A DNA stretch of 64,000 nt from Candidatus Multivoradales bacterium. Its GTDB lineage: Bacteria; Acidobacteriota; Thermoanaerobaculia; Multivoradales; JAHEKO01. This document shows, piece after piece, positions 28,619 to 39,166 of this stretch (its first letter is position 1; each line of letters opens with the position of its first letter). The notes beneath the pieces were generated by a model, which was given only the letters and a program-made list of their open reading frames with translations, did not search any database and was not told the origin of the DNA. Both the position numbers and the translations under genes were made by a program. The stretch lies in assembly GCA_965223155.1 (NCBI GenBank), contig CBDCVR010000015.1, positions 192,001-256,000 on the forward strand, in the 5' to 3' direction.

Positions 28619-29729
28619 AGTGAAGGTCGGTGCTCTGGTGCTGACGGCCGCCGTCGTTCTGGCGGCCGGCGTCTTCCTGATCGGCGAGCGCAACAACCTG
28701 TTCGCCCGCAAGAATCACTACTACGTGCGGTTCGAGAACGTTGCCGGCCTGGCGCCGGGAAGCCCCGTGCAATTGAACGGCGTCACCGTCGGCAACGTGG
28801 ACCGCGTGGTCCTGCCCGAGCGGGTCGACGAGAGCCTGCTGACCGTCTGGATCTCGATGGAGCACAAGTACGGGGGCAGGGTGCGCTCGGACTCCCTCGC
28901 CCGGATCAAGACCTTGGGGCTCCTGGGGGACAAGTACATCGAGATCTCCTCGGGATCGGCCGACGCCGAAATCGTGCCGGTGGAGGGACAGATCCAGGCC
29001 GCGCCGGCCACCGACGTGGACCACCTCCTGGCCTCGGGCGAGGACGCGGTCGACAACGTGGTGGCGATCTCGTACTCGCTGCGCAGTATTCTCGGGCGCC
29101 TGGAGCAGGGTCAGGGGTTTCTGGGCGAGCTCCTCTCTGAGAGTGAGACCGGCGATCAAGTCAAGGGATCTCTGGTCCAGACGGCCGCCAACCTGGAACG
29201 CATCACCTCGCGCATCGAGGGCGGCCAGGGCACGCTGGGCGCCCTTCTGCGCGACGACCGACTGGCCCGCCGGCTCGAAAGCGCCACCGCGCACCTGGAC
29301 CAGATTCTTACCCAGGTGGACTCGGGAGGCGGAACGCTGGGAGCGCTTCTGTCCGACGAGAAGCTGCTCGAGGACTTCAAGAGCGCGGTCTCCGGCCTGC
29401 GGGAAACGGCCGCGAGCCTGCAAGGCTTCGTGGACGACCTCCAGACCCAGGAAGGGCTGCTCCAGAAGTTCCTGCACGACGAGGACTACGCCCGCGAGGT
29501 TTCCGAGGACCTGCGGCGGCTTGTCGAGAATCTGTCACTGGTTTCTGACAAAATCGAGCGCGGCGAAGGCTCGCTCGGCGAGATCATCAATGACCCCCAT
29601 CTCTACCAAGCCCTCGACGACATCCTGGTCGGGATCGACGAATCGAAGCTGCTGCGCTGGCTGATTCGCAACCGGCAGAAGGCGGGCATTCAGAAACGGT
29701 ATCGAGACGAGGTCGAAAGCGCCGACTGA
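28608..29729 (+). CDS. MlaD/MCE-domain protein with a long helical extension
   Basis: REVKVG TM anchor, GLAPGSPVQLNGV.VG.V, GLLGDKYIEI, repeated G.GTLG.LL.D units. Confidence 0.9.
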   Translation: MTREVKVGALVLTAAVVLAAGVFLIGERNNLFARKNHYYVRFENVAGLAPGSPVQLNGVTVGNVDRVVLPERVDESLLTVWISMEHKYGGRVRSDSLARIKTLGLLGDKYIEISSGSADAEIVPVEGQIQAAPATDVDHLLASGEDAVDNVVAISYSLRSILGRLEQGQGFLGELLSESETGDQVKGSLVQTAANLERITSRIEGGQGTLGALLRDDRLARRLESATAHLDQILTQVDSGGGTLGALLSDEKLLEDFKSAVSGLRETAASLQGFVDDLQTQEGLLQKFLHDEDYAREVSEDLRRLVENLSLVSDKIERGEGSLGEIINDPHLYQALDDILVGIDESKLLRWLIRNRQKAGIQKRYRDEVESAD

Positions 29730-29783
29730 GGCGGCGCGAGGCCTTCGCACCAAGCACGGAATTCGTCGGAAGGGAGCGCGTCA

Positions 29784-30749
29784 GTGGGGCAGCACATCTT
29801 GGTTACCGGCGGCGCCGGCTTCATCGGCTCCCATGTCACCGAGCGGCTCCTGGACCGCGGGGATCGTGTGACGATCCTGGATGACTTCAACGACTACTAC
29901 GACCCGGCCCGCAAGCGGCAGAACCTCGAGGTCGTCCGGCGCTCCGGCCAGGTCGAGTTGGTCGAAGGCGACATCCGGGACGCCGCACTGGTGGACGGGC
30001 TCTTCGCCCGCGCCGGCCTCGACGGGGTGATCCATCTGGCCGCCCGCGCCGGCGTCCGGCCGAGCCTGGCCGAGCCCATCCTGTACGAGGACGTCAACTG
30101 CATCGGGACCCTGCGCCTTCTCGAGGCGGCCCGTCACCACGGGCCCGCCAACTTCGTGTTCGGCTCCTCGTCCTCGGTCTACGGCATCAACAAGAAGGTG
30201 CCATTTGCCGAGACCGACCCGGTGGACCTGCCGATCAGCCCCTACGCCACGACCAAGCGTACCGGCGAGCTCTTGTGCTTCAACTACCACCACCTGTACG
30301 GCCTCAAGACCTCGTGCCTGCGTTTCTTCACGGTCTACGGGCCGCGCCAGCGGCCGGAGATGGCGATTCACAAGTTCACCGACCTCATCGCCCGCGGCCA
30401 GCCGATCCCGATGTACGGAGACGGCTCCAGCCGGCGCGACTACACCTTCATCGACGACATCGTGGACGGCGTTCTGGCGGCTCTGGATCTGGCTCCAGGG
30501 TTCGAGATCTTCAACCTCGGGGGCAGCGAGACCACTGGCCTGGCGGATCTGGTCTCCTGGATCGGAGCCGCGCTTGAAGTCGAACCGCGGATCGAGTATC
30601 TTGCCGACCAGCCCGGCGACGTCCCGATCACATTCGCGAACGTCGCCAAGGCCAACCGCCTCCTCGGCTATTCCCCGAAAGTACCGATTCGAGAAGGGCT
30701 CAAGCGTTTTGTCGCTTGGTACCGTGAGGACGCCGAAGCCCGCGCTTAG
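29784..30749 (+). CDS. NAD-dependent epimerase, probably UDP-glucuronate 4-epimerase
   Basis: TGGAGFIG, HLAARAGVR, SSSSVYG, YATTK, RFFTVYGP..RPEMA, QPGDV. Confidence 0.85.
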   Translation: MGQHILVTGGAGFIGSHVTERLLDRGDRVTILDDFNDYYDPARKRQNLEVVRRSGQVELVEGDIRDAALVDGLFARAGLDGVIHLAARAGVRPSLAEPILYEDVNCIGTLRLLEAARHHGPANFVFGSSSSVYGINKKVPFAETDPVDLPISPYATTKRTGELLCFNYHHLYGLKTSCLRFFTVYGPRQRPEMAIHKFTDLIARGQPIPMYGDGSSRRDYTFIDDIVDGVLAALDLAPGFEIFNLGGSETTGLADLVSWIGAALEVEPRIEYLADQPGDVPITFANVAKANRLLGYSPKVPIREGLKRFVAWYREDAEARA

Positions 30750-30770
30750 ACCCACGAGCGAGACCCCATC

Positions 30771-32099
30771 ATGAAGATCTGCATCGCCGGCAGCGGCTAC
30801 GTCGGCCTGGTCACCGGAACGTGTCTGGCCGACTTCGGGATGCACGTCGTGTGCGTCGACAAGGATCAGAACAAGATCGCGGCGCTCGAGCGAGGCGAGA
30901 TTCCGATCTACGAGCCCGGTCTCAGCGGCATGGTGCGCAAGAACACCGCCGCCGGCCGGCTGGAGTTCTCGACCGACCTGCCGGCGGCCATCCAGGAAGC
31001 CTCGGTCGTATTCATCGCCGTCGGCACGCCGTCGCGACCGGACGGCTCGGCCGACCTCGTCTACGTCCGGCAGGTGGCACGCACGATCGCCGAGAATCTG
31101 AACGGCTACAAGGTCGTCGTCACCAAGAGCACGGTCCCGGTGGGTACCGGACGGCTTGTCGAGAGCATCATCCGCGAGGCCCGTAACGAAGAAACGCCCT
31201 TCTCGGTGGCCAGCAACCCCGAGTTCCTCCGCGAGGGCTCGGCGATCGAAGACTTTCTCCAGCCCGACCGCGTGGTTATCGGCGCCTCGGACCAGCGGGC
31301 CATCGACGTCATGGCGGACATCTACTCTCCGCTCCGCGTGGCGGACGTGCCTTTCGTCGTCACGACTCTGGAGACGGCCGAGCTCGTCAAGTACGCGTCG
31401 AACGCGTTTCTGGCCACCAAGATCTCGTTTATCAACGAGGTCGCCCACCTGTGCGAGTTCTTGAACGCGGACGTCGAGACCGTCGCTCAAGGGATGGGCC
31501 TCGACGACCGCATCGGCCCGAAGTTCCTGCATCCGGGTCCGGGCTTCGGCGGCTCGTGCTTTCCCAAGGACAGCCGCGCCATCGTGGATATCGCCAACTC
31601 CCAGGGACTGCGCTTTCAGATCATGGAGTCGGTGCTCGAAGTCAACCGCGCGACCACCGAGCGCATGGTGGACAAGATCGCCGAGGCCGTCGGCGGCCTC
31701 GATGGCAAGACCCTGGCGGTCCTGGGTCTGGCCTTCAAGCCCGAGACGGACGACATTCGCGAGTCGCCGGCGTTGACCATCGTGGACGGCCTGCTGGCCC
31801 AGGGAGCCTCGCTTCGCGTCTTCGATCCCGAGGCGATGGAGGGCTGCCGCGACCGGTGGGCCACCGGCGTCGAGTTCTGCTCGGATGTGTACGACGCCGC
31901 CACCGGTGCCGACGGGCTCGTCATCGTCACCGAGTGGAACCAGTTCCGGGCGCTCGAGCTAGACCAACTCGAAAAGCGCATGAACGCGCCGGTCATCGTG
32001 GATCTGCGCAACATCTACGACCTCGACCGGATGTCCACCACCGGGTTCACCTACATCTCGGTCGGCCGCCCGGACATCGGTCGCGACGCCACCAACTAG
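30771..32099 (+). CDS. ugd: UDP-glucose 6-dehydrogenase
   Basis: [42 protein letters not shown]. Confidence 0.93.
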   Translation: MKICIAGSGYVGLVTGTCLADFGMHVVCVDKDQNKIAALERGEIPIYEPGLSGMVRKNTAAGRLEFSTDLPAAIQEASVVFIAVGTPSRPDGSADLVYVRQVARTIAENLNGYKVVVTKSTVPVGTGRLVESIIREARNEETPFSVASNPEFLREGSAIEDFLQPDRVVIGASDQRAIDVMADIYSPLRVADVPFVVTTLETAELVKYASNAFLATKISFINEVAHLCEFLNADVETVAQGMGLDDRIGPKFLHPGPGFGGSCFPKDSRAIVDIANSQGLRFQIMESVLEVNRATTERMVDKIAEAVGGLDGKTLAVLGLAFKPETDDIRESPALTIVDGLLAQGASLRVFDPEAMEGCRDRWATGVEFCSDVYDAATGADGLVIVTEWNQFRALELDQLEKRMNAPVIVDLRNIYDLDRMSTTGFTYISVGRPDIGRDATN

Positions 32100-32106
32100 C
32101 TTTCGG

Positions 32107-33047
<941 letters not shown>

Positions 33048-33051
<4 letters not shown>

Positions 33052-33329
33052 CCGGCACCGCCTGGACCTGTGTGCGTTGCGCGGCCCAAGCCGAGCCGCT
33101 TGCCCGGCCCCCGGTACCCGGCAAGGTGGGCGACGAGATCGCCGCCAAGGTCTGTCCGAGCTGCTGGAGGGAGTGGGAACAGGCCGAGGTCATGGTCATC
33201 AACGAGCTTCGGCTAAACTTCATGGATCCCGGAGCCCAGGAAGTCCTGGAGCGCCACATGCGTGACTTTCTGATGCTGGACGGCGGCACCCCGTCCGCGC
33301 TGCCGATGGACGCAACTCCGAACCACTAG
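33048..33329 (+). CDS. YggX-like Fe(II)-trafficking/oxidative damage protection protein
   Basis: C..C, PP.PG..G.EI, CW.EW, INELRLN. Confidence 0.8.
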
Positions 33330-33342
33330 CGCCCCAAGGTTC

Positions 33343-34053
33343 TTGTCAGCCTCCTCGGATCCGGCCGCTTCCGTTCCGTCGCTGCGCCGCACCATCCTGC
33401 GTGGCGCTCTGCTGGCGGGTGTGCTGGCAGCCTCGGTCTTGATCGCGCGGCTGACGCCGGTCGGCGACTGGCTGCAAGGCGAGACCCTGACACGCTGGCT
33501 TACGACCTACCGCTCGCACCCCCTGGCCCCGCCGCTGTTCATCGCCGCGTTCACTGTGTTCGGAGTCGTCGGTTTTCCGGTCAGCCCGCTGATGGTCGCC
33601 GGCGCGGTGGTCTTCGGATTCCTGCGCGGCTGGGCCCTCAACTTCACCGGCGCACTCGCGGGAGCGCTCGCGGCCTTCTTCGTCGGGCGCTGGTTGGGCG
33701 GCGACACCATCCGCGCTCTGCTGGGCCCCCGCCGTACCGAGCGCTTGACGGAGATCTGGGAACGGCACGGCTTCGGAACCCTGTTCCGAGCCCGGCTGCT
33801 GCCGATCCCGTTCCCGATGATCAACTACGGCGCGGCCCTCGTTGGCACCCGACCCAGGACCTACGTGGTGGCCTCCGCGCTCGGCCTCGCGGTCGGAGTC
33901 GGTATCTACACCTATCTCTTCGACGCCATGTTCCGCGCCGCCCTGGGCGAGGGCCGGCAGCCGATCCTGCGTGCCGGCACGGCAATCATGCTGATGATGG
34001 CGTTGAGCTTTCTGCCGGGGCTCTTGCGGCGGCGGCGGAGCGCTTCAGGATGA
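33343..34053 (+). CDS. TVP38/TMEM64 (DedA-superfamily) membrane protein
   Basis: P.SP...AG..FG, GA..AF..GR.LG, RLLP.PF..INY..A. Confidence 0.85.
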   Translation: MSASSDPAASVPSLRRTILRGALLAGVLAASVLIARLTPVGDWLQGETLTRWLTTYRSHPLAPPLFIAAFTVFGVVGFPVSPLMVAGAVVFGFLRGWALNFTGALAGALAAFFVGRWLGGDTIRALLGPRRTERLTEIWERHGFGTLFRARLLPIPFPMINYGAALVGTRPRTYVVASALGLAVGVGIYTYLFDAMFRAALGEGRQPILRAGTAIMLMMALSFLPGLLRRRRSASG

Positions 34054-35048
34054 TCAGGATCTCGCTACCGGATGTTCTCGTCACGTTGGCTCTGGTCGCA
34101 CCGGCGACCGCTGCCGCCCAAGCGCCCGCGGAGCTCGAGCGCGCCGAGGCCCTGCTCGCGGGGGATGCTGTGGAGGAAGCGCTGACGATCCTGAACCGCT
34201 GGGTGAAGAAGCGTCCGAAGGACGCCCACGGCCTCTTCCTGCAGAGCACGGCTCTCTTCATGAGCGGCGAGGTCGAGCGCGGGCGGAAGGCCTTGGAACG
34301 CTCGCTCGAGCTTGACCCTGAGCGCCGCCAAGGCTGGCTCAACCTGGCCGCGGTAGCCATGTCCGAGGCCGACCACCGATCGGCCTTGTCCCACTTCGAG
34401 CGCGCCGAGATCCTCGATCCGCAAGCCAACGACAACGACCTCAACATCGGCACGGTGTTGCTGCTCTTGGATCGGGACGACGCCGCTCGAGCGCGTTTCC
34501 AGCGCTTCTTGGACCGCCATCCAGGCGACGCCGAGGCGCTCTACCGAGTGAGCTCCAACCATGCAGTCGCCAACAAGGCCAGTGGCGCTCTCCAGCTCCT
34601 GCGCCATGCGATCTCGGTCGACGAGCGCATGCGGGCGCGAGCGCGACGCGACCCCAGCTATGCCTCGCTCGAGGCTGTGCCGGCCTTCCAGCACCTGCTG
34701 GCGACCGACACCTTCGTGCCGCCGCCCGGTTCCTCGCGCTCGTCCCACGTCTTCGAAGCCCCCTACCAGGCCGGCCGGGGCAGCATGCTCAATGCCGTGA
34801 TCGGAGCGCTCCAGATCTCAGCCGAACCCTTCGATCCCCAAGTCGAGGTCACCGAGGCCTGGGCCCTCTTGTGGGGGCGCGTCCGAATCAAGGTGAGCGC
34901 CGCGGACTCCGCTCGCAGCCGGGTCGAGCTGAGCGCGCCGCCGGGACGCTTCCCGCCCCCCGAGTGGACCCAGCTCACCGACCGGTTGTTCCGCGAGATC
35001 ACGGTCCTGCTCCATACCCGCCAGAAGACCTCTCCCGGCGACGGCTGA
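34050..35048 (+). CDS. Secreted TPR-repeat protein
   Basis: Signal peptide ending AAA-Q and several TPR units (LELDP, EILDP, HPGD). Confidence 0.8.
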   Translation: MIRISLPDVLVTLALVAPATAAAQAPAELERAEALLAGDAVEEALTILNRWVKKRPKDAHGLFLQSTALFMSGEVERGRKALERSLELDPERRQGWLNLAAVAMSEADHRSALSHFERAEILDPQANDNDLNIGTVLLLLDRDDAARARFQRFLDRHPGDAEALYRVSSNHAVANKASGALQLLRHAISVDERMRARARRDPSYASLEAVPAFQHLLATDTFVPPPGSSRSSHVFEAPYQAGRGSMLNAVIGALQISAEPFDPQVEVTEAWALLWGRVRIKVSAADSARSRVELSAPPGRFPPPEWTQLTDRLFREITVLLHTRQKTSPGDG

Positions 35049-35181
35049 CCGGCTCCGCGGACCGCCGCCACCGCAAAGGGGCTGACGCACCCAGCGCACC
35101 TATACGCGACGGTTCGCGGGCGTCACCATCGCTACGTCGAAGGCTCCGACGGACCGGCCGAACCTCGGTCAGACGTGCAGG

Positions 35182-36315
35182 CTAGAGACGGAGCAGCGCC
35201 GCCCCCCAGTGCAGCCCGGCACCGAGCGCGGAGAACGCTACCAGCGATCCGGGTTCCGCCTTGCCCGCCGCCCGCGCCTCGTGAAAGCAGATGGGCAAGG
35301 TTGCCGAGGTCGTGTTGCCATATTTCTGGATGTTGTTGTGCACGCGCTCGTCCGGCAGCTTGAGCGCCCGCTGTGCGGCCTCGTTGATCCGCAGGTTCGC
35401 CTGGTGCATGACCAGGAGATCCACGTCGGCGAGCTCCAGGCCCTGCTCGTCGAGAAGCTCGGACGTGACTCGCGGCATGCGGGTCACCGCCAGCTTGAAG
35501 ACCTTGCGGCCGTCCATCACCGGCACGGAATCGCCCGCAGCGATCATGGCGGCGTCCACCCAGGGCCGGGAGGCGGAGCCGGCGCCGGGCACGTACAGAA
35601 TGTCCTTTTCCGCTCCCTCGCCGCGCAGCCGGGTGCCCAGAATCCCCCGCTCGGTATCGGCCTCGGCCTGAAACACCATCGCGCCGGCGCCATCGCCGAA
35701 CAGAACGATCAGGTGCCGGTACCCGGAGTTCCAAGCGAACTCGTCCTCGGACAGTGGCACGGGACGCTCGCCGAGCAGCGTTTCCCACGTCGCCTCACTG
35801 AAGGGCAAGAGCGCCGAGTGGACGTCGGTTCCGACCAGGAGCACGGTACGGGCGATGCCGCTCCGAATGAGGCCGTCCACGACTTGCAGGCCGTAGGCGA
35901 AGCCGGCGCACTGCTGCCGGATGTCGAGCGCCGGCAGGGCGTCGAGGCCCAGGCCGTGCTGGATGAGCGTGCCCGCGCCCGGGAAGTAATGATCCGGTGT
36001 CATGGTCGCGCAGACGAGGTAGTCGACCTCTCCGGCCTCGAGATCGGCGTCGGCCAGCGCCGCTCGTGCGGCCCGCACCCCCAACTCCGACGAGCCCGTA
36101 CCCGGTTCGACGTAGTAGCGGGTCACGATGCCGCTCCGTTCGCGAATCCACGCGTCGTTCGTATCCATGACCCGGGCCAGCATGTCGTTGGTGACCTCGA
36201 CCTCCGGGATCGCCATCCCCGAACCACGCAACACCGCCCGGGGCAATCCGTCACCTGGCCTCATAGCGTTCGGCACGGACGCACGGTCCCCCTCGTTCCC
36301 AAGGCTCCCCCGCAT
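35182..36315 (-). CDS. fabH: Beta-ketoacyl-ACP synthase III family protein (start 36315 or 36264)
   Basis: WIRERSGI..R, QQCAGF, LFGDGAGA, HQAN.RI, YGNTTSA. Confidence 0.88.
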   Translation of the reverse strand: MRGSLGNEGDRASVPNAMRPGDGLPRAVLRGSGMAIPEVEVTNDMLARVMDTNDAWIRERSGIVTRYYVEPGTGSSELGVRAARAALADADLEAGEVDYLVCATMTPDHYFPGAGTLIQHGLGLDALPALDIRQQCAGFAYGLQVVDGLIRSGIARTVLLVGTDVHSALLPFSEATWETLLGERPVPLSEDEFAWNSGYRHLIVLFGDGAGAMVFQAEADTERGILGTRLRGEGAEKDILYVPGAGSASRPWVDAAMIAAGDSVPVMDGRKVFKLAVTRMPRVTSELLDEQGLELADVDLLVMHQANLRINEAAQRALKLPDERVHNNIQKYGNTTSATLPICFHEARAAGKAEPGSLVAFSALGAGLHWGAALLRL

Positions 36316-36321
36316 CGCCGC

Positions 36322-36975
36322 CTACCTGGGCTCGTCCACGCCGCGCCGGCGCAGTAGCCGGGAATCGCGCCGCCTTTGGTGCCGAACCGTCAGATCGCCT
36401 CGCCGCGAGAACGCATACTCCGTGGCGGGTCGCTCGCCGTGCAAGCCCACGACCTCCTTGCGGTCGTACTTCCAGATCTCGACGGTCGCTCCCAGGGGGC
36501 CGTCCTCGCGCTCATAGGACTGCGACTCGGGAGGCCCGAACAGGACGTGGAGCACCCCGCGCGGTGTCCGCCTGCCAAGGTGGAGGCCCTCGGTGTAGAG
36601 GCGGTCGGCCTCGGCCGCGCGGACTTCGAAGACGTCGCGCGGCTGCTCGCCCGGCCAGGGCCGCTCGGGATCCTTGCGCCGCTGCCAGAACTCGTCGATG
36701 AAAGCCCGGGCCTCGTCGTCGTCGACCAGCGTCAGATAGGCGCGGCGCTCCTCGGCCGAGGCGATCTCGCCGACCGCCCCCACCAGCCACTTGGCAAGAT
36801 CGGGAGCCAGGAGAACGTTCACAAGCGCCTCGTCGCGCTCCTTCTTGCCCCGCCCTTCGGCCGCGAAAGACACGGCCAGAGCCAAGAACACCGCCAAGGC
36901 TGGAGCCCAGACGTTCCTACCGCTTGAGCAGGTCAAGAAACTCCTCGCGCACCGGTTTCTGCAAGAAGGCTCCAC
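36322..36975 (-). CDS. GWxTD-domain-like exported protein (true start probably near 36900)
   Basis: EE..AYL.L, FIDEFWQRR.DP, F..R..EADRLY, GRRTPRG..HVLFGPP, EIWKY. Confidence 0.75.
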   Translation of the reverse strand: MEPSCRNRCARSFLTCSSGRNVWAPALAVFLALAVSFAAEGRGKKERDEALVNVLLAPDLAKWLVGAVGEIASAEERRAYLTLVDDDEARAFIDEFWQRRKDPERPWPGEQPRDVFEVRAAEADRLYTEGLHLGRRTPRGVLHVLFGPPESQSYEREDGPLGATVEIWKYDRKEVVGLHGERPATEYAFSRRGDLTVRHQRRRDSRLLRRRGVDEPR

Positions 36976-37546
36976 GCAGCGCCGAGGTCACGGTCAGCAC
37001 TCCGGGCTTCTTGACTCCACGCATCTCCACGCACAGGTGGCGCGCCTCGATCACCACCATCGCGCCCCGCGGCTCGAGCCGTTCCTCCAAGTACCCAACC
37101 ACCTGTTCGGTAAGCCGCTCTTGCAGCTGCGGCCGCCGGGCATAGAAATCCAAGATCCTGGCGAACTTGGACAGTCCGATGATCTGGCCTCTCGGTATGT
37201 AGGCGATGTGCGCCTTGCCGTAGAACGGCACCAGATGGTGGGCACACATGGAGTAGAACGGAATGTCCTTCTCCATCACCATATGCTGGTAGTTCTCTTC
37301 GTTGGGAAACGTCGTCACCGCCGGCTCGCTGGCGCTGTCAAGGCCCCGGAACATCTCCAGATACATCCGCGCCACGCGCTCGTCGGTGCGCCGCAAATTG
37401 GGGTCCGCCGGGTCCAGGCCCAGCTCTTCGATGAGCGCACGCACGTGCTTGGCGATGCGCTGGACGCGAGCCTCGTCGGCTGCCCCGCCCCCGGCCACGA
37501 CAAGAGAAGGAGCGGGCGCTACGGCGTCGGATGGGTCGGCTGGCAT
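36917..37546 (-). CDS. folE: GTP cyclohydrolase I
   Basis: SMCAHHLVPF.G, GLSKFAR, RRPQLQERLT, HLCVEMRGV. Confidence 0.95.
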   Translation of the reverse strand: MPADPSDAVAPAPSLVVAGGGAADEARVQRIAKHVRALIEELGLDPADPNLRRTDERVARMYLEMFRGLDSASEPAVTTFPNEENYQHMVMEKDIPFYSMCAHHLVPFYGKAHIAYIPRGQIIGLSKFARILDFYARRPQLQERLTEQVVGYLEERLEPRGAMVVIEARHLCVEMRGVKKPGVLTVTSALRGAFLQKPVREEFLDLLKR

Positions 37547-37618
37547 GATCGATCCTCTAGGTCCGTGATTCGAAGGGGCAAAGCGTATCGCATCGTAGGT
37601 GGCGCGGCGCCCTGCCGG

Positions 37619-37637
37619 TATACTCGGGCGCGGGAGG
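37619..37637 (+). promoter_or_regulatory. Putative -10 element and RBS of the selenoprotein gene
   Basis: TATACT at 37619-37624 and GGGAGG at 37632-37637 before ATG 37643. Confidence 0.55.
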
Positions 37638-37642
37638 CAGAG

Positions 37643-37873
37643 ATGGACATCAAGATCGAATACTGCGTCGTCTGAAACTACTATCCGCGTGCCGCCGGTC
37701 TGGCGGATTCCATTGAGAGTCGTTTTGGCATCCGGCCCGAGCTCATCAAGGGCAGAAACGGAGTCTTCGAGGTGTCGGTGGACGGCGCCAACGTCTATTC
37801 CAAGAAGGCCACCGGCCGCTTCCCCGAGGATGGCGAGGTGGAAGAGGCCGTAGCCGACCACGTCGGCGGCTAG
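37643..37873 (+). CDS. Rdx/SelW-SelT-SelH family selenoprotein, 76 aa, CxxU, in-frame TGA at 37673
   Basis: Read-through gives MDIKIEYCVV-U-NYYPRAAGLADSIESRFGIRPELIKGRNGVFEVSVDGANVYSKKATGRFPEDGEVEEAVADHVGG, with the family motifs IEYCxxU, GxFEV.VDG and SK...GRFP. Confidence 0.93.
37692..37706 (+). promoter_or_regulatory. Bacterial SECIS-like hairpin
   Basis: CCGCC-GGTCT-GGCGG stem-loop 16 nt after the TGA; its GGUCU loop resembles the E. coli fdhF SECIS apical loop. Confidence 0.8.
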
Positions 37874-37933
37874 AAGCCGAGCTCGATCCGACGCCAGACG
37901 AGGCCCGTCTGGCCAAGTCGTCCCTTCCGACCT

Positions 37934-39166
37934 TCAGCCGCGAGGCTCGCGAGCCCGCATTTGAGCCACGACCTCGATGTGCCCCGTCTGCGGGAACATG
38001 TCGATGAAGACGAGCTCTTCGAGCTCGAACGACGGCGACAGCCGGCGCAGGTCGCGCGCCAGGGTGGCGGCATGACAGGACACGTAGGTTAGGCGCGCCG
38101 GCTGGACCAAGCCCAAGCGCGAGACGACCCGAATCGAGAGGCCCGTCCGCGGGGGATCGACCAGGACCCGATCACAGGGCTTGAGGTCGCCGACCCAGGA
38201 GTCCACCGCCGAGCCGACCACGTCGACCGGCAGCTTGCCGCGACGGGCGTTCCCGCGAGCGTAGCGAACCGCGATCTTGTCGGACTCGACGGCGGTCACC
38301 CGCTCATAGCGCACCGCCAGCGGCAGCGAGAACAGGCCGACGCCGGCGTAGAGATCGACTGCGCTCTTCCCCGACCACGTCCCGACCGCGGCCTCGACCA
38401 GCCGCTCGGTCAGCGTGTCATGTGCCTGGAAGAAGCAGCGGGCATCGTACCGATACTCGAAATCCCCGATCCGGCGGCGAACGGCACCGGTGGGCAGTCC
38501 ATCGAGAGCCGGTGCGGTCGTTACGCGCTGGCTGCCGATGGCGACGTCCAGCCGGTTCGGCACCCGCTCCATCTCCTGCCGGGCGAGACCCAGTGCGAAC
38601 CGTTCAAGCCGCGGCTCCAGCACCGGACACGCGGAGACCGGCACCAACTGGTTGGAGCCGCGGGCGAAGTAGCCAACCCGGGGAGCTTCCGGGCTCGGCT
38701 CGAGATGCAACTGGGCACGTAGACGATATCCCTGGGGCTTGCCGCGAACCACGCGAACGGGCACGTCCGCGTCAATCCGTCCCAACCGCACCAAAGCCTC
38801 GTGCGCGGCGCGCACGCGCCACTCCGTCTGGAGCGTGTCCTCCAGGTGCTGCAGATCGCAGCCCCCACACGATCCAAAGTGCTCGCACGGCGGCTTGCGC
38901 CGCCCCGGACCCGGACGCAGGATCTCCAGGATCCGACCTCGAGCGTAGCGCGGACGCCGATCCACGACTTCGACAAGCAGCCGGTCACCCGGAGCCGCCA
39001 GCGGCACGAACACCGGGATCCCGTCCGCTCTGCCCAAACCGTCGCCGCCGGCCACGATCTTCTCGATCTCGAGCTCGAGACGATCTACCTCGGCCAATGC
39101 CTTGGCGACTCGCTTGCCGCTCGGGGCGCGGCAGCCGTCACGCGTGGAGCCCGGCCCGTAGGTCAA
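37934..39166 (-). CDS. TRAM-domain RNA m5U methyltransferase (RlmD/TrmA family)
   Basis: CEHFGSCGGC, FFQ, DLYAGVG, DPPRTG, YVSC...TLARD, DMFPQT.HIE. Confidence 0.9.
   Translation of the reverse strand: MTYGPGSTRDGCRAPSGKRVAKALAEVDRLELEIEKIVAGGDGLGRADGIPVFVPLAAPGDRLLVEVVDRRPRYARGRILEILRPGPGRRKPPCEHFGSCGGCDLQHLEDTLQTEWRVRAAHEALVRLGRIDADVPVRVVRGKPQGYRLRAQLHLEPSPEAPRVGYFARGSNQLVPVSACPVLEPRLERFALGLARQEMERVPNRLDVAIGSQRVTTAPALDGLPTGAVRRRIGDFEYRYDARCFFQAHDTLTERLVEAAVGTWSGKSAVDLYAGVGLFSLPLAVRYERVTAVESDKIAVRYARGNARRGKLPVDVVGSAVDSWVGDLKPCDRVLVDPPRTGLSIRVVSRLGLVQPARLTYVSCHAATLARDLRRLSPSFELEELVFIDMFPQTGHIEVVAQMRAREPRG

Noticed and set aside
35049-35181. Riboswitch or ncRNA in spacers (also 16869-17050 and 22816-23018)
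   Set aside because: No recognisable consensus; possibly decayed repeats, but I cannot support that by eye.
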